From Candidatus Magasanikiibacteriota bacterium (GTDB taxonomy: Bacteria; Patescibacteriota; Patescibacteriia; Magasanikbacterales; 2-02-FULL-50-9b), in the NCBI GenBank assembly GCA_943355025.1, contig CALRDW010000001.1:1-58014 (forward strand): a DNA stretch of 58,014 bases, given 5' to 3'. How positions within the stretch are numbered: the stretch's first letter is position 1; each line of letters opens with the position of its first letter. Below are positions 9,229 through 18,354 of this stretch, one piece after another. The notes beneath the pieces were generated by a model. The model worked only from the letters and a program-made list of their open reading frames with translations, was not told the origin of the DNA and did no database searches. The translations under genes were made by a program, and so were the position numbers.

Positions 9229-9311
9229 TTTTTGCTCGCAGGTGAGCCCGCAGTGGGTAATCTTGTTTGAGCACAAGAAGTGAGCGCACAAAATGTGCAG
9301 AGGAAAATGTC

Positions 9312-9884
9312 ATGAAAACTAGCGAAAAAACAGTCGCGGAAGACGTAACAAACGAAAATGAGGGCTGGAAGCCCGCCTATCCGAAACTCACTGTTTTGGC
9401 GGGTGTCCTGGTGACTGTTGCTGTGTTTTGGGGGTTTTGGGCTCTCCTGGAGAACCACGTGCGAACTTTGAAGGCTGCTGCGAGCGTGGAGAAAGCTCAG
9501 CTCGAAACGGTGCAGAAGGGTCTGCGTGCGGCCCACACCGCTAAAATGACGCAGTATCTCAAGCAATTTGAAAAACTCGATGCTGTCGATGACCTTCAAG
9601 AAGAAGATCTGAACGCTGTATTGCAGGAATTTTGCACGGTCGCTGCCGTGCACCGCAGCCAGCCAGTTGGGCGCTTCGTCTACTTTGTCGAATTGAACTA
9701 CTCTCTGGAATGCGCGCGTGCTGTCGCCGTTACGCGTTCATCGCACATGGCAAATCGTTACCAACCGTTTAACCAGGCACACAATTGCGAGGCCGCACAG
9801 CATGGAAAATTGCTGCGCGTGGTCTGCCACGGTTACAACTGGCCAAACGGTTTGATGCCACAAGAAAGAGCCAGAACAGAGTAA
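9312..9884 (+). CDS. ORFan, single TM helix plus helical region (cassette 1)
   Basis: GAGGA SD before ATG 9312; hydrophobic LTVLAGVLVTVAVFWGFWALL. Confidence 0.7.
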   Translation: MKTSEKTVAEDVTNENEGWKPAYPKLTVLAGVLVTVAVFWGFWALLENHVRTLKAAASVEKAQLETVQKGLRAAHTAKMTQYLKQFEKLDAVDDLQEEDLNAVLQEFCTVAAVHRSQPVGRFVYFVELNYSLECARAVAVTRSSHMANRYQPFNQAHNCEAAQHGKLLRVVCHGYNWPNGLMPQERARTE

Positions 9885-9928
9885 CAGCGCTTGCTGTCCG
9901 TAATCCGTTACTCTGCCGCTCTGTTCCC

Positions 9929-9968
9929 GCCGACGTACCGCTTTCATGCTGCGTCGGTTTTTTATTTT
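9929..9968 (+). terminator. Cassette 1 terminator
   Basis: GCCGACG...CGTCGGT followed by TTTTTATTT. Confidence 0.7.
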
Positions 9969-10756
9969 TATAGCTGCTGCGCTACAATGTTTGATACTTG
10001 AACATTCGCATCTTCCGTGTAGAAGCCATATTGGCCGTCAGCAGTTAGCTGATCGTTGCCTGACATGGCGTAGGAAACATATTGTTTGCCATTGACTGTC
10101 ATGGTCACTACGTTGTTTTTTACGTTAAGCACAACGTTGTACGTGTCGTTGACTGGGAAAATATCTTGATTGAATGTAGAGGTGTAGAGGAAGTCCTGAG
10201 CATTATTCAAGAGGGATTCTCCCATTTCAACACCGTAGCCCTGCGGTTTCAAGACAATGTACTTGAATTTACCATCTGGTTTGTATCCGAAGAGTATCCA
10301 ACCAGTTTCCCACGGATTTGGTGTGGAACCTGTGCGAAGCTGCTGAATGGTTTTCATTGTGTAGCTCAATTGAAACGGTTGTTTGAGTGTTTGTGAACTC
10401 ACGACAAGTGAGGCGTGTGTTTCGCTCGGCTGTGTTGCGGCCTGTGGAGCCATGTTTAACTGTTGAAGCGCTGAGTTCCATGTAACAGAACCGTAACCAT
10501 CAAAAATTGTCGTTCCCCATGGGATTGATGTTGAAATTATGTTTGGCGCTGATGGCTGTGTTGGCGCCACTGGTAGGGGTGCTGGTGCCGGAGATGGATC
10601 CAGTGGGGCTGCCTCGGAGTTAGTTTTTTTATAAGAATGATGTGTCTTTGTGTTCTTTGAAGTTCTGGTAGCGCTTGTCTTTTCGGCTGCAAATGTAGGC
10701 GTCGCTGAAACGAGCAGCGCTGTTGCAATAGTGATTGTGGAGATTTTTTTCAACAT
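9968..10756 (-). CDS. Secreted protein with Pro-rich linker and ConA-like (DUF1080/GH16-like) beta-sandwich
   Basis: Signal peptide (TFA); P.AATQPSETHASLV, QLRTGSTPNPWE, GFYTEDANV. Confidence 0.75.
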   Translation of the reverse strand: MLKKISTITIATALLVSATPTFAAEKTSATRTSKNTKTHHSYKKTNSEAAPLDPSPAPAPLPVAPTQPSAPNIISTSIPWGTTIFDGYGSVTWNSALQQLNMAPQAATQPSETHASLVVSSQTLKQPFQLSYTMKTIQQLRTGSTPNPWETGWILFGYKPDGKFKYIVLKPQGYGVEMGESLLNNAQDFLYTSTFNQDIFPVNDTYNVVLNVKNNVVTMTVNGKQYVSYAMSGNDQLTADGQYGFYTEDANVQVSNIVAQQL

Positions 10757-10924
10757 ATTGAATATGAGAAATTAATTAAGCACTGAGTTTGTTGTATAGG
10801 CCGTACTGTTATATACGGAAAAAAGAGACAAAAGGTTTCAAAACTAATTGAAGTTTTGCACAGCTTGAGCATTTTGACACTGGTTGGGGCTCAAAGGAAC
10901 ATTCTATAACTCAGTGCACCACCA

Positions 10925-10953
10925 TTGACAACGCCGCTGTTTTATGATATAAA
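10925..10953 (+). promoter_or_regulatory. Cassette 2 promoter
   Basis: TTGACA-N17-TATAAA with TG; followed by long hairpin GAATTGGTGAG...CTCGCCAATTC. Confidence 0.7.
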
Positions 10954-11039
10954 TGATGGTTCGAATTGGTGAGTGCGCTGCACATTGAGGTGTTTAGCGC
11001 TCTCGCCAATTCAACAACCAGGCGAGGGAGGGTCTGTCC

Positions 11040-11768
11040 ATGAATGGTATTTTGGGGTTTCTGATGATTTTGTTTGTCGTAAGCGCGTGCGGCGCAGTAC
11101 GAGTTAAGGAAGAAGCAAAAAAGGAAACTAAGAGTCTGTTCCGACCCGACCAGCTTGCTGAGATGCAGTTGGTGGTCGAGTCCCTGCAGGCCTATGAAAA
11201 AAAAGTCATTGGCGCGCTGTGGAATGAGAACGAGAAGATTCACATCTCAGCTGAAGAAGCTTGCGTGCAGTACAAAGTCGCCGTGAAACGATGTGGCCAC
11301 GGATTTCGTCCCGACCATGCTCTTGCTGACTCCGAGAATCAATGGTGTGAGGATCAGGCCGCGGAGCTTCTTGCGAAAATTCAAAATTGGGCAGAGCGTA
11401 AGCTTCGATTGTGCGCCGCCATGCGTGCTGCTTACGAAAAGCGGTTTGAGATGGGTAAGCCGCTTGTTGCGCTCTTGCTCATGGAAAATTCGGCACATGT
11501 GCGATACCGCGCGACGATGCTTAGTGACGGCTATGAGGTTGGTGTAGAACTCAGGCCGCTTTACGCGACCTACGATATCTACGATATCGGCTTCATCTTG
11601 GACACTAAAGTGTCTAAACTGCCACATGACTCCTATCAGCGCGCTTTGCTGATCAAGGAAGTTGAAAAGGATTGGCGCGCTGTAAACCACGCGGCGATCG
11701 AGACAGCTGATTATGTGGGCGCGCTGAAGTTTGAAGCGGACGCTCCGAAGGTTATTACGCTGTTCTAA
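11040..11768 (+). CDS. ORFan, putative lipoprotein, helical (cassette 2)
   Basis: GGAGG SD; hydrophobic N-terminus ending VSAC. Confidence 0.75.
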   Translation: MNGILGFLMILFVVSACGAVRVKEEAKKETKSLFRPDQLAEMQLVVESLQAYEKKVIGALWNENEKIHISAEEACVQYKVAVKRCGHGFRPDHALADSENQWCEDQAAELLAKIQNWAERKLRLCAAMRAAYEKRFEMGKPLVALLLMENSAHVRYRATMLSDGYEVGVELRPLYATYDIYDIGFILDTKVSKLPHDSYQRALLIKEVEKDWRAVNHAAIETADYVGALKFEADAPKVITLF

Positions 11769-11810
11769 TAAAACCCACGTTGTACACAGAAAAATCAACA
11801 ACAAATTAAG

Positions 11811-11860
11811 GGCCCCGTCACCACAGTGAAATATATGTGGTCGCGGGGTCGTTTTTTATA
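11811..11860 (+). terminator. Cassette 2 terminator
   Basis: GGCCCCG..ACCACA...TGTGGT.CGGGGTC then T-tract. Confidence 0.75.
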
Positions 11861-11910
11861 TCAAGAGCTATTAAAATTACTTATTTTTAGCTAAATATTC
11901 AGGGCCAGCA

Positions 11911-11939
11911 TTGACAAAACCGCCAATATGTGGTATGCT
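11911..11939 (+). promoter_or_regulatory. Cassette 3 promoter
   Basis: TTGACA-N17-TATGCT with TG; hairpin CTTGGCA...TGCCAAG follows. Confidence 0.85.
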
Positions 11940-12007
11940 TTTTTGTCTTGGCAAACTCTGCCAAGCGACCAGTTTCTTTCAAACGATCCATTACTCAAGG
12001 AGTTCCC

Positions 12008-12676
12008 ATGAAAGCGTTTACACGGATTTTGGTCCTATTTATGCTGGCCTTGGCACTTGTGCCGGCGTGCGTTGCTGAAAATCAGCCGGAAGTGTCGGTG
12101 ATCGACGAATCTGGAATTACGGCCGTGAGCCCAGATCAAATTGAACTGGTGTTCAACGTCAAATACACCGCGGCGGATCGGGCAAAACTTGCCGTCGTGC
12201 CGTTCAGCAAAGAGGATCTGATCGCTGCGCGCAATCAGAACTTCGTTCTCGTGGCCGGGTATCCGATTACGCTTGCAGAAATGCATGCGGCAAAAACGTT
12301 TATCAATGAGGACTACGATGAATTTATTCGTTACCTCACTGAACCGTTAGCTAAAGAGCCGGTTGGAGTACGCTGGTTTCTGATTCGGAAAGGGCTATTG
12401 TCTTGGTCAGAGCATGCGCCGTATGCGGAACAATCCGCCTTGGTTCCTCATGGTGAGCAGATTCCGCCGACGCGTGACATTGTGTTTGCGACATTGGCGT
12501 TGTATCTCACAACGGGTGAGCGGATGCTGGGCAACAGAATGGCGAGTTCAAGCGACCTAAGCCCTGCATATGGGCGGACGTTTGTTGGCCTCTCTGGAAA
12601 CAAGGTTTTCATTGACTTTGAACCGAACGATGAGGGACACCTGGGCATGGGCGTGCTCACAACCATCGAGCCTTGA
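12008..12676 (+). CDS. Secreted or lipoprotein with probable C-type-lectin-like fold (cassette 3)
   Basis: AAGGAG SD; VPAC lipobox; VPFS.E.L, WFLIRK, EQ..L....E.P, YL.TGERM. Confidence 0.75.
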   Translation: MKAFTRILVLFMLALALVPACVAENQPEVSVIDESGITAVSPDQIELVFNVKYTAADRAKLAVVPFSKEDLIAARNQNFVLVAGYPITLAEMHAAKTFINEDYDEFIRYLTEPLAKEPVGVRWFLIRKGLLSWSEHAPYAEQSALVPHGEQIPPTRDIVFATLALYLTTGERMLGNRMASSSDLSPAYGRTFVGLSGNKVFIDFEPNDEGHLGMGVLTTIEP

Positions 12677-12701
12677 TCCGCGTCGTGGTTATACAACCAC
12701 A

Positions 12702-12745
12702 AACTTCTTCGCTAGCTGCAAAGCTGGCGGAGAGTTTTTTTATTT
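12702..12745 (+). terminator. Cassette 3 terminator
   Basis: TTCGCTAGC-tgcaaa-GCTGGCGGA then TTTTTTTATTT. Confidence 0.75.
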
Positions 12746-12806
12746 AATTCTTTTTAAGAAAATTATTTTAGGTGAGATACTACCCCAAAGTTGACCAAGG
12801 TGAGAG

Positions 12807-12835
12807 TTGACAAAAGCGCTGTTTTGTTGTATAGT
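12807..12835 (+). promoter_or_regulatory. Cassette 4 promoter
   Basis: TTGACA-N17-TATAGT; hairpin CCTGC-aaaaa-GCAGG follows. Confidence 0.85.
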
Positions 12836-12913
12836 ATTCAGTCCTGCAAAAAGCAGGCAACTGCATTATTTAGAGAACCTTAACAATAAAACAATAAGGA
12901 ATTGGGGGGTATA

Positions 12914-13588
12914 ATGGCGCATTATTATCGAGTGATGATTTTTGGACAAAATGTTAGATTGAATAAGCTTTCGCAAATGGCAGACTATGCTTTTGCTGCA
13001 GAGATTTACTCTGATCCTGAATCACAGTGGCCAGGCCACGAGCGTGTACTATTCGATTGGGCGCAGGTTCCTGATGACCTTACCGTCGCGGGCGGGAGTA
13101 TCAGATACGCTGTCTATCTCATGTATCGTGATACAGTCATTCGGCGATTCACGAATGTAGAAGATTTACGGTATTATGGTTGGCAACAGCTTAATCCGAA
13201 TGCTGCAGCGATTGTGGAAATTGAATCCAGGCTGGTTATGTACCGTGCACGTTTTCGCGAGGTCAGCAATAGCGAAGGGGATTTTCGTGATTATCGCGTC
13301 CGCACATTTCAGTTTGATCCGCAGCGTGGGTGCCTGAGTTGTATGTTGCCTGAGTTACTTGACGGGTTTCGCGTCGTGTACGTTCCACGGATGGGCAGCC
13401 GTCTGTGTGTAGCCGTGGAGCCGGGCGTTCCATATGCCTGCAGATTTTCGCATGTCTGCATTGAGCATCTGCCAAAGGCTGAACGACCAGGTTTCCAGCT
13501 GATCGAGGTGATCGTGCAGCATGAACATTTTGATCCAGTCGCGAAGATCGCATGGTTGCAGGCACAAATTGCTGCGGGTAATCCGTAG
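12914..13588 (+). CDS. ORFan (cassette 4, gene 1)
   Basis: TAAGGA / GGGGGG upstream of ATG; long ORF with no recognised family. Confidence 0.7.
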   Translation: MAHYYRVMIFGQNVRLNKLSQMADYAFAAEIYSDPESQWPGHERVLFDWAQVPDDLTVAGGSIRYAVYLMYRDTVIRRFTNVEDLRYYGWQQLNPNAAAIVEIESRLVMYRARFREVSNSEGDFRDYRVRTFQFDPQRGCLSCMLPELLDGFRVVYVPRMGSRLCVAVEPGVPYACRFSHVCIEHLPKAERPGFQLIEVIVQHEHFDPVAKIAWLQAQIAAGNP

Positions 13589-13600
13589 TGGAGGAATTCA

Positions 13601-14128
13601 ATGCTCTTTAATCCTGTCACAAGAGGTGCTCATCGGTCACTGAGCCGAATTGAGGCATACGGATGTATCATCGTAGTGATGATATCTGCAGGTGTTTGGA
13701 AATATCAGGCTGATGCGCCGGCACGCGCTGAGGAGGCACGGCTCGCTGCTTTTGGAAAATCTCCGGAGTGGGTTGAAGCCACACGTCCAGATCTTCGGCT
13801 CATCTCGTCAGAATTTTTTAGCGGGTCAGGCACACTGCTTGTTGAAAATCATTCAGGCTCGTGTCGAACGATGCGCGAATTGATTTCTGAAGCCGCAAAA
13901 ATCCGCGGGTACAAAGCGGGACACCGGTTCCTGGTTGGTACTCCACCGGATGACGTGCTTGAACGCGTTTTGGAGCGCGGTGGACTCGACTTCGGTCGTT
14001 GTCGCGTCTTGGTTTGGACGGGGAGGGCGTCCACTGGAGACCCCGACCAATCATTGGTTGAAATTGCGGACTGCGATTTCTTTCCAATGACACGTTGCAT
14101 CAGCCACACAGAACTGTTGGGCTGGTAA
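13601..14128 (+). CDS. ORFan with N-terminal TM helix (cassette 4, gene 2)
   Basis: GGAGG SD; GCIIVVMISAGVW hydrophobic segment. Confidence 0.7.
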   Translation: MLFNPVTRGAHRSLSRIEAYGCIIVVMISAGVWKYQADAPARAEEARLAAFGKSPEWVEATRPDLRLISSEFFSGSGTLLVENHSGSCRTMRELISEAAKIRGYKAGHRFLVGTPPDDVLERVLERGGLDFGRCRVLVWTGRASTGDPDQSLVEIADCDFFPMTRCISHTELLGW

Positions 14129-14134
14129 GTAATT

Positions 14135-14197
14135 GCACCCTGCCTTTAATGGCAATTTTGATCACGACGTGATTGAAAGGGTGCTATTTTTTTATTT
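14135..14197 (+). terminator. Cassette 4 terminator (branched)
   Basis: GCACCCT...AGGGTGC then T-tract and ATTT. Confidence 0.65.
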
Positions 14198-14225
14198 GTA
14201 ACTTCATGTATAATGAGCGCCACAT

Positions 14226-16169
14226 ATGTTTGGCGAAAAAACTTTTTTCGGTGCACCGAAAACTCCAGAACAACTTGATACACAACTACAAAGTGTTCAG
14301 AAACAGTTAGGTCATGAGCCAGAGGTATCTCTGGTGCCTGCGTCTGTTGAGCGTGAAAAAATTTTACAGATGCCCGTGATCGAGTTGCAGGAAAAATACA
14401 CTCGTCGTTTTCAGGCGTATTTTGAATTACTGCGCCAAGAAAATAACCCTGATTTTGTAAGTCGAGATAAATTGACAGCAGATTTTAAAAAATGGTTGAT
14501 TGCGCTCAATTCGTTGGATGTGTATGTTAAAAAACATCATGCTGGAGTTGACGTCACACTCCGTGGCAAGCAGATCGATGTTTTCGATGATCTACACAAT
14601 TTTTTGGAAGCAGGTGGTACAGCTGGATATATAAAATTGCCGACAGGTGTTGGTAAAACGGTTCTGTTTACGGAATTGATCGAGGCGTTGGATTTAAAAA
14701 CGCTGATTGTTGTGCCGACAAATATTTTAATTGATCAGACGGTTGATAAAGCAGAGCAATTTGCGCCGGATATTGAGGTCGGTGTTATTAATCGGACGGC
14801 AAAACAGTATTATAGAAAAGTGACGGTTACGACGTATGCATCACTTGCGCGTCAGGTTGCGCAGGGGCTTATCAAGCCGGAGGAGTTTGAGTGTTTAATT
14901 TTGGATGAAGCGCACGAGGCGCTCAGCGACGCGCGTCAAAAATTAGTGCGAAAGTTTTCAAATGCCGCGAAGATTGGTTTCACCGCGACGCCTACGTTTT
15001 CCGCGGAAAAACAGCTCAGTGATTTATTGCCAACGTGCATTCATTCAATGGAAACACGCGAGGCAGTTGAGAAAGGTTTGCTCTGTTCAGTATCTGCTGT
15101 GGTTGCGAAAACGTCCGTGAATTTATCTAAAGTTCCGAAAAATGCCATGGGAGATTATAGCGAATCTGAGCTCGCATATGCAGTGAATATAGCAAGTCGA
15201 AATAAGGCTGCAGCGCTCCTTTATAAAGAAGTATTTAGCGGTGAGCAAGCTATTGTGTTTTGCGTAGGTATAACGCATGCGCGCGAGGTTGCGCGAGTGT
15301 TTCGCGAGGAAGGTGTTGCTGCTGCATTCATCAGTGGCGAAACCACGAAAGACGAGCGGATTCGGCTGCTCGCAGAGTTTAATCGTGGTGAAATAAAAGT
15401 TTTGTGTAATGCGGATTTATTAACTCGCGGTTTTGATGAGCCGCGAGCAAGTGTATGTTTGAATTTGCGGCCAACATTGTCTTTAGTTATGGCTGAACAA
15501 CGCGGTGGACGTGTGCTCCGATTGGATCCTGATCGACCTGACAAGCACGCGACAGTTGTTGATTTTGTTGATCAATCTGACAGTATTGATGAGTTGCAGG
15601 CAACTGGCCAGGTATTGTTTGCGAAAATCTTGGGCGGTGCGTTTGTTGTGGCCGCTGCGAGCGGTGGGAGGTCTTGGGATTCTGGCGGCCGGCCGGGGCA
15701 TGGAGGTGGGTTTGTTGTTAAAAAACCAAATATTTACATACCAGGGCTTGAGGTATTTTTTGATACTGAAGAAGTGCTCCGTATTGTCGGAAAGGTTGAA
15801 GAAGTCAAAATAGAGAAGAGCCGACTTATTTTGGATTTGGAGGACTTGAAGAAACTGGTGCGACTTGCCAAAGTACAGAGCCAAGTAGAATATTTAGAAA
15901 AACGAGTCAATAATCCAAGTTGGCCACATAGTCCGGATCGATTAGAAGGCTGGGTCAACTGGAATGATTTTTTGGGAAAAACGAGTGTTGAGACGATTAG
16001 TGAATTAGCGGTTCTGCAGCTTGCTGTGCGTGTGGCACACGTTCGAAACAGGTTTGAATATGAGGCGCAGCGGGAAACTCATCCTGCGTGGCCCGGTCGG
16101 CCGGATTATTTGGCCGGTTGGACGAATTGGTTCGATTTTTTGGGAAAAAAGAAGCGTGATCGGCGATAG
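14226..16169 (+). CDS. SF2 DEAD/DEAH-box helicase with two C-terminal integrase-repeat-like units
   Basis: LPTGVGKT, DEAH, TAT, GFDEP, QRGGRVLR; two WP..PD...GW.NW.DFLGK repeats. Confidence 0.9.
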   Translation: MFGEKTFFGAPKTPEQLDTQLQSVQKQLGHEPEVSLVPASVEREKILQMPVIELQEKYTRRFQAYFELLRQENNPDFVSRDKLTADFKKWLIALNSLDVYVKKHHAGVDVTLRGKQIDVFDDLHNFLEAGGTAGYIKLPTGVGKTVLFTELIEALDLKTLIVVPTNILIDQTVDKAEQFAPDIEVGVINRTAKQYYRKVTVTTYASLARQVAQGLIKPEEFECLILDEAHEALSDARQKLVRKFSNAAKIGFTATPTFSAEKQLSDLLPTCIHSMETREAVEKGLLCSVSAVVAKTSVNLSKVPKNAMGDYSESELAYAVNIASRNKAAALLYKEVFSGEQAIVFCVGITHAREVARVFREEGVAAAFISGETTKDERIRLLAEFNRGEIKVLCNADLLTRGFDEPRASVCLNLRPTLSLVMAEQRGGRVLRLDPDRPDKHATVVDFVDQSDSIDELQATGQVLFAKILGGAFVVAAASGGRSWDSGGRPGHGGGFVVKKPNIYIPGLEVFFDTEEVLRIVGKVEEVKIEKSRLILDLEDLKKLVRLAKVQSQVEYLEKRVNNPSWPHSPDRLEGWVNWNDFLGKTSVETISELAVLQLAVRVAHVRNRFEYEAQRETHPAWPGRPDYLAGWTNWFDFLGKKKRDRR

Positions 16170-16337
16170 AAATCACGGTGGAATGCTAGGCTTGTCGCTA
16201 CCACCTAATTGGCTGCTTCGCAGTTTTATGCGAGGCGGTTATTTTTTACTGACAATGTATTTTTGCATAAAAATGCTAAATAACCTAAAATAAATTTATA
16301 GAGCTATTTGGAATTACAGCATCAATTAGAAAAAACT

Positions 16338-16805
16338 ATGGCTAAATATAAACACACTCAAATTGGCTACTTGATGCTGGTCATCACGCTGGCCGTGCTG
16401 GCGCTTTTCGTATGGGTTCATATTACGGTCGCGGTCGAGCCTCCTTCGATTGATTCCGGTTCAAACTTTCTCGTTACTGCTGTAATGGCGCTAATTTTGC
16501 TTATCATTGGATCGTTTGTAACGCTCGCAACATCCATTGATGAAAAATTTCTTCAGATCAAATTTGGATATGGAATTTTCGCCAAAAAGTTTCCACTTAA
16601 TCAAATTGCTTCAGTCCAGTCAGTCAAAAATCATTGGTACTACGGATGGGGAGTGAAAGTTTGGTTCTGGCCGTATATGTGGGTTTACGGTGTTTCCGGT
16701 TTTGATGCGGTTGAAATAATCCTGAGAAACGGAAAAATTTATCGTATTGGGACAGATGCGCCGAACGAATTAGAAGCTGCAATTAAGCAAGCCATAAATA
16801 TCTAA
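16338..16805 (+). CDS. Conserved hypothetical membrane protein (2 TM plus PH-like domain)
   Basis: YKHTQIG start; I.FG.G.F.K, WYYGWG, G..YRIGTD.P..L. Confidence 0.8.
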   Translation: MAKYKHTQIGYLMLVITLAVLALFVWVHITVAVEPPSIDSGSNFLVTAVMALILLIIGSFVTLATSIDEKFLQIKFGYGIFAKKFPLNQIASVQSVKNHWYYGWGVKVWFWPYMWVYGVSGFDAVEIILRNGKIYRIGTDAPNELEAAIKQAINI

Positions 16806-16822
16806 AAAGATTTTTCACGGGT

Positions 16823-17050
16823 ATGGTGCATAAACTCCCAGAGGATTTACGAAAAGCAATTGATTCACTTCCTGCGGCGCGAGCAGTGTGGGACGACATC
16901 ACGCCGCTTGCGCGCAATGAGTGGATTTGTTGGGTAACGTCCGGCAAAAAAGTCGAGACGCGGAGTATTCGAATCGAAAAAGCGCTCTCGAAGCTGAAAG
17001 GCGGAATGCGACGGCCGTGTTGTTGGGCTGGGTGCACACACCGTTCTTAG
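16823..17050 (+). CDS. YdeI/OmpD-associated family protein
   Basis: LPEDL...W..ITPLARNEWICWV...K..ETR..RI....RRPCCWAGC. Confidence 0.85.
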   Translation: MVHKLPEDLRKAIDSLPAARAVWDDITPLARNEWICWVTSGKKVETRSIRIEKALSKLKGGMRRPCCWAGCTHRS

Positions 17051-17061
17051 ATTATATTTTT

Positions 17062-17328
17062 ATGAAGGACAAAATCATTTTTTCTGAAACGCTCTCTGGT
17101 TTGACGCCAAAAAAATTAGAAGGATTTTTTGTTGGTTGGCCAAAAAAACCATCATCAAAAACACTTCTGACATTGCTCAGAAAAAGTGATTATCGAATTA
17201 TAGCTCGGAATAGTAATGGGCGCGTGGTAGGTTTTATTACTGCAATTAGCGATAGCACGCTTGCCGCGAAGAGAACGAAAAAGTCTCCCTTTCGGAGAGG
17301 CTCATTCATGGCGGGGCGTAGTGGATGA
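17062..17328 (+). pseudogene. Truncated GNAT acetyltransferase
   Basis: GFFVGWP..PS...L..S.Y...A....VVGFITAISD, then homology stops near 17268; acetyl-CoA motif A absent. Confidence 0.7.
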
Positions 17329-17384
17329 AGTTGGGAGGTGTTTTCGAACTGGTCAGCATGTCCAGTTTATGCTATAATCGCTTC

Positions 17385-17624
17385 ATGTTAACAGCAATAC
17401 GCGTGCCAAAATCAATTATTCCAGTGCTTTGGGACGTGCCGAATCCTGCGAAAATTGATATCAAAAAATATCAAAATTTTATTATTGCGCGCGTTGCAGA
17501 AAAGGGTGGATGGACGGATGTACAATGGCTCAAAAAAACGTATGGCGTTGCAGCGATTCGTCGCGTGGTTGCTCGCAGTAAAAATGTTGGGAAGAAAACT
17601 AAGAATTTTTGGAAGATTGTATGA
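17385..17624 (+). CDS. Putative antitoxin (DUF6922-like)
   Basis: LWDV....ID.....FII.RV.E.G...D..WL...YG...NFW; TATAAT 6 nt before ATG; ATGA overlap with toxin. Confidence 0.75.
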   Translation: MLTAIRVPKSIIPVLWDVPNPAKIDIKKYQNFIIARVAEKGGWTDVQWLKKTYGVAAIRRVVARSKNVGKKTKNFWKIV

Positions 17625-18244
17625 TGCATGAAACTGCATTAAATTCGGCGACAAGAAGTGTATTTGAGAAATTACGACACGCTTCATTTTTGAAAAAATT
17701 TTATTTAGCAGGTGGCACCGCGCTTGCGTTGCAGTATGGTCATCGTGAGTCAGTGGACTTAGATTTTTTTTGTGCGAAGCCGTTTAAAACAGAAACGCTC
17801 ATTGCTGCAATTTCAAAGCTGGGAAAATTTAAGTTGGTGAATGAAGAAGAAAATACTGTTGATGGCGTGCTCGACGGAGTTAAGGTGAGTTTTTTTACAT
17901 ATCCATATAAACTATTGCGCAAGACAAAAATGTTTGAAGGTGTTGCTGTTGCCAGCGTTGTAGATATTGCGTGCATGAAAATCAATGCGATCGCAGGGCG
18001 CAATGCACGTAAGGATTTTGTGGATCTGTATTTTATTTTGGATCATGAAGGATGGCGCGTTGAAGATGTGCTGCATCTGTGCAATAAAAAATTTGGTGCA
18101 GGTGCACGGGATCCTTATCATATTTTGAAAGCGTTGGTGTTTTTTGAAGAGGCTGATGGGCAGCCAGAGGTGGCGAGTAAACCTATTGTCAAATGGATAA
18201 GGGTGAAGAAATTTTTTGTGAATGAGGTTGAGGGAATACAGTAA
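17621..18244 (+). CDS. AbiEii/AbiGii-family nucleotidyltransferase toxin
   Basis: FYLAGGTALAL..GHR.S.DLDFF, MK..AI..R..RKDFVDLY. Confidence 0.9.
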   Translation: MMHETALNSATRSVFEKLRHASFLKKFYLAGGTALALQYGHRESVDLDFFCAKPFKTETLIAAISKLGKFKLVNEEENTVDGVLDGVKVSFFTYPYKLLRKTKMFEGVAVASVVDIACMKINAIAGRNARKDFVDLYFILDHEGWRVEDVLHLCNKKFGAGARDPYHILKALVFFEEADGQPEVASKPIVKWIRVKKFFVNEVEGIQ

Positions 18245-18325
18245 TGTGAAGGATATTTTTTAGCGTAGTTTTGGGGAAAAATATTATTTTTTTGCTTAAA
18301 TTAGCTAAATAATGCTAAATTAGGG

Positions 18326-18354
18326 TTGACAGAGTCAGCTTTTTGTGTTATAGT
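18326..18354 (+). promoter_or_regulatory. Cassette 5 promoter
   Basis: TTGACA-N17-TATAGT with TG; hairpin TCCAG...CTGGA follows. Confidence 0.85.

Noticed and set aside
9877-9915. Integron attC-like inverted repeat AGAGTAAC...GTTACTCT at the cassette 1 stop codon
   Set aside because: It does not fit RYYYAAC/GTTRRRY, is not repeated after other cassettes, there is no IntI in the window, and these cassettes carry their own promoters.
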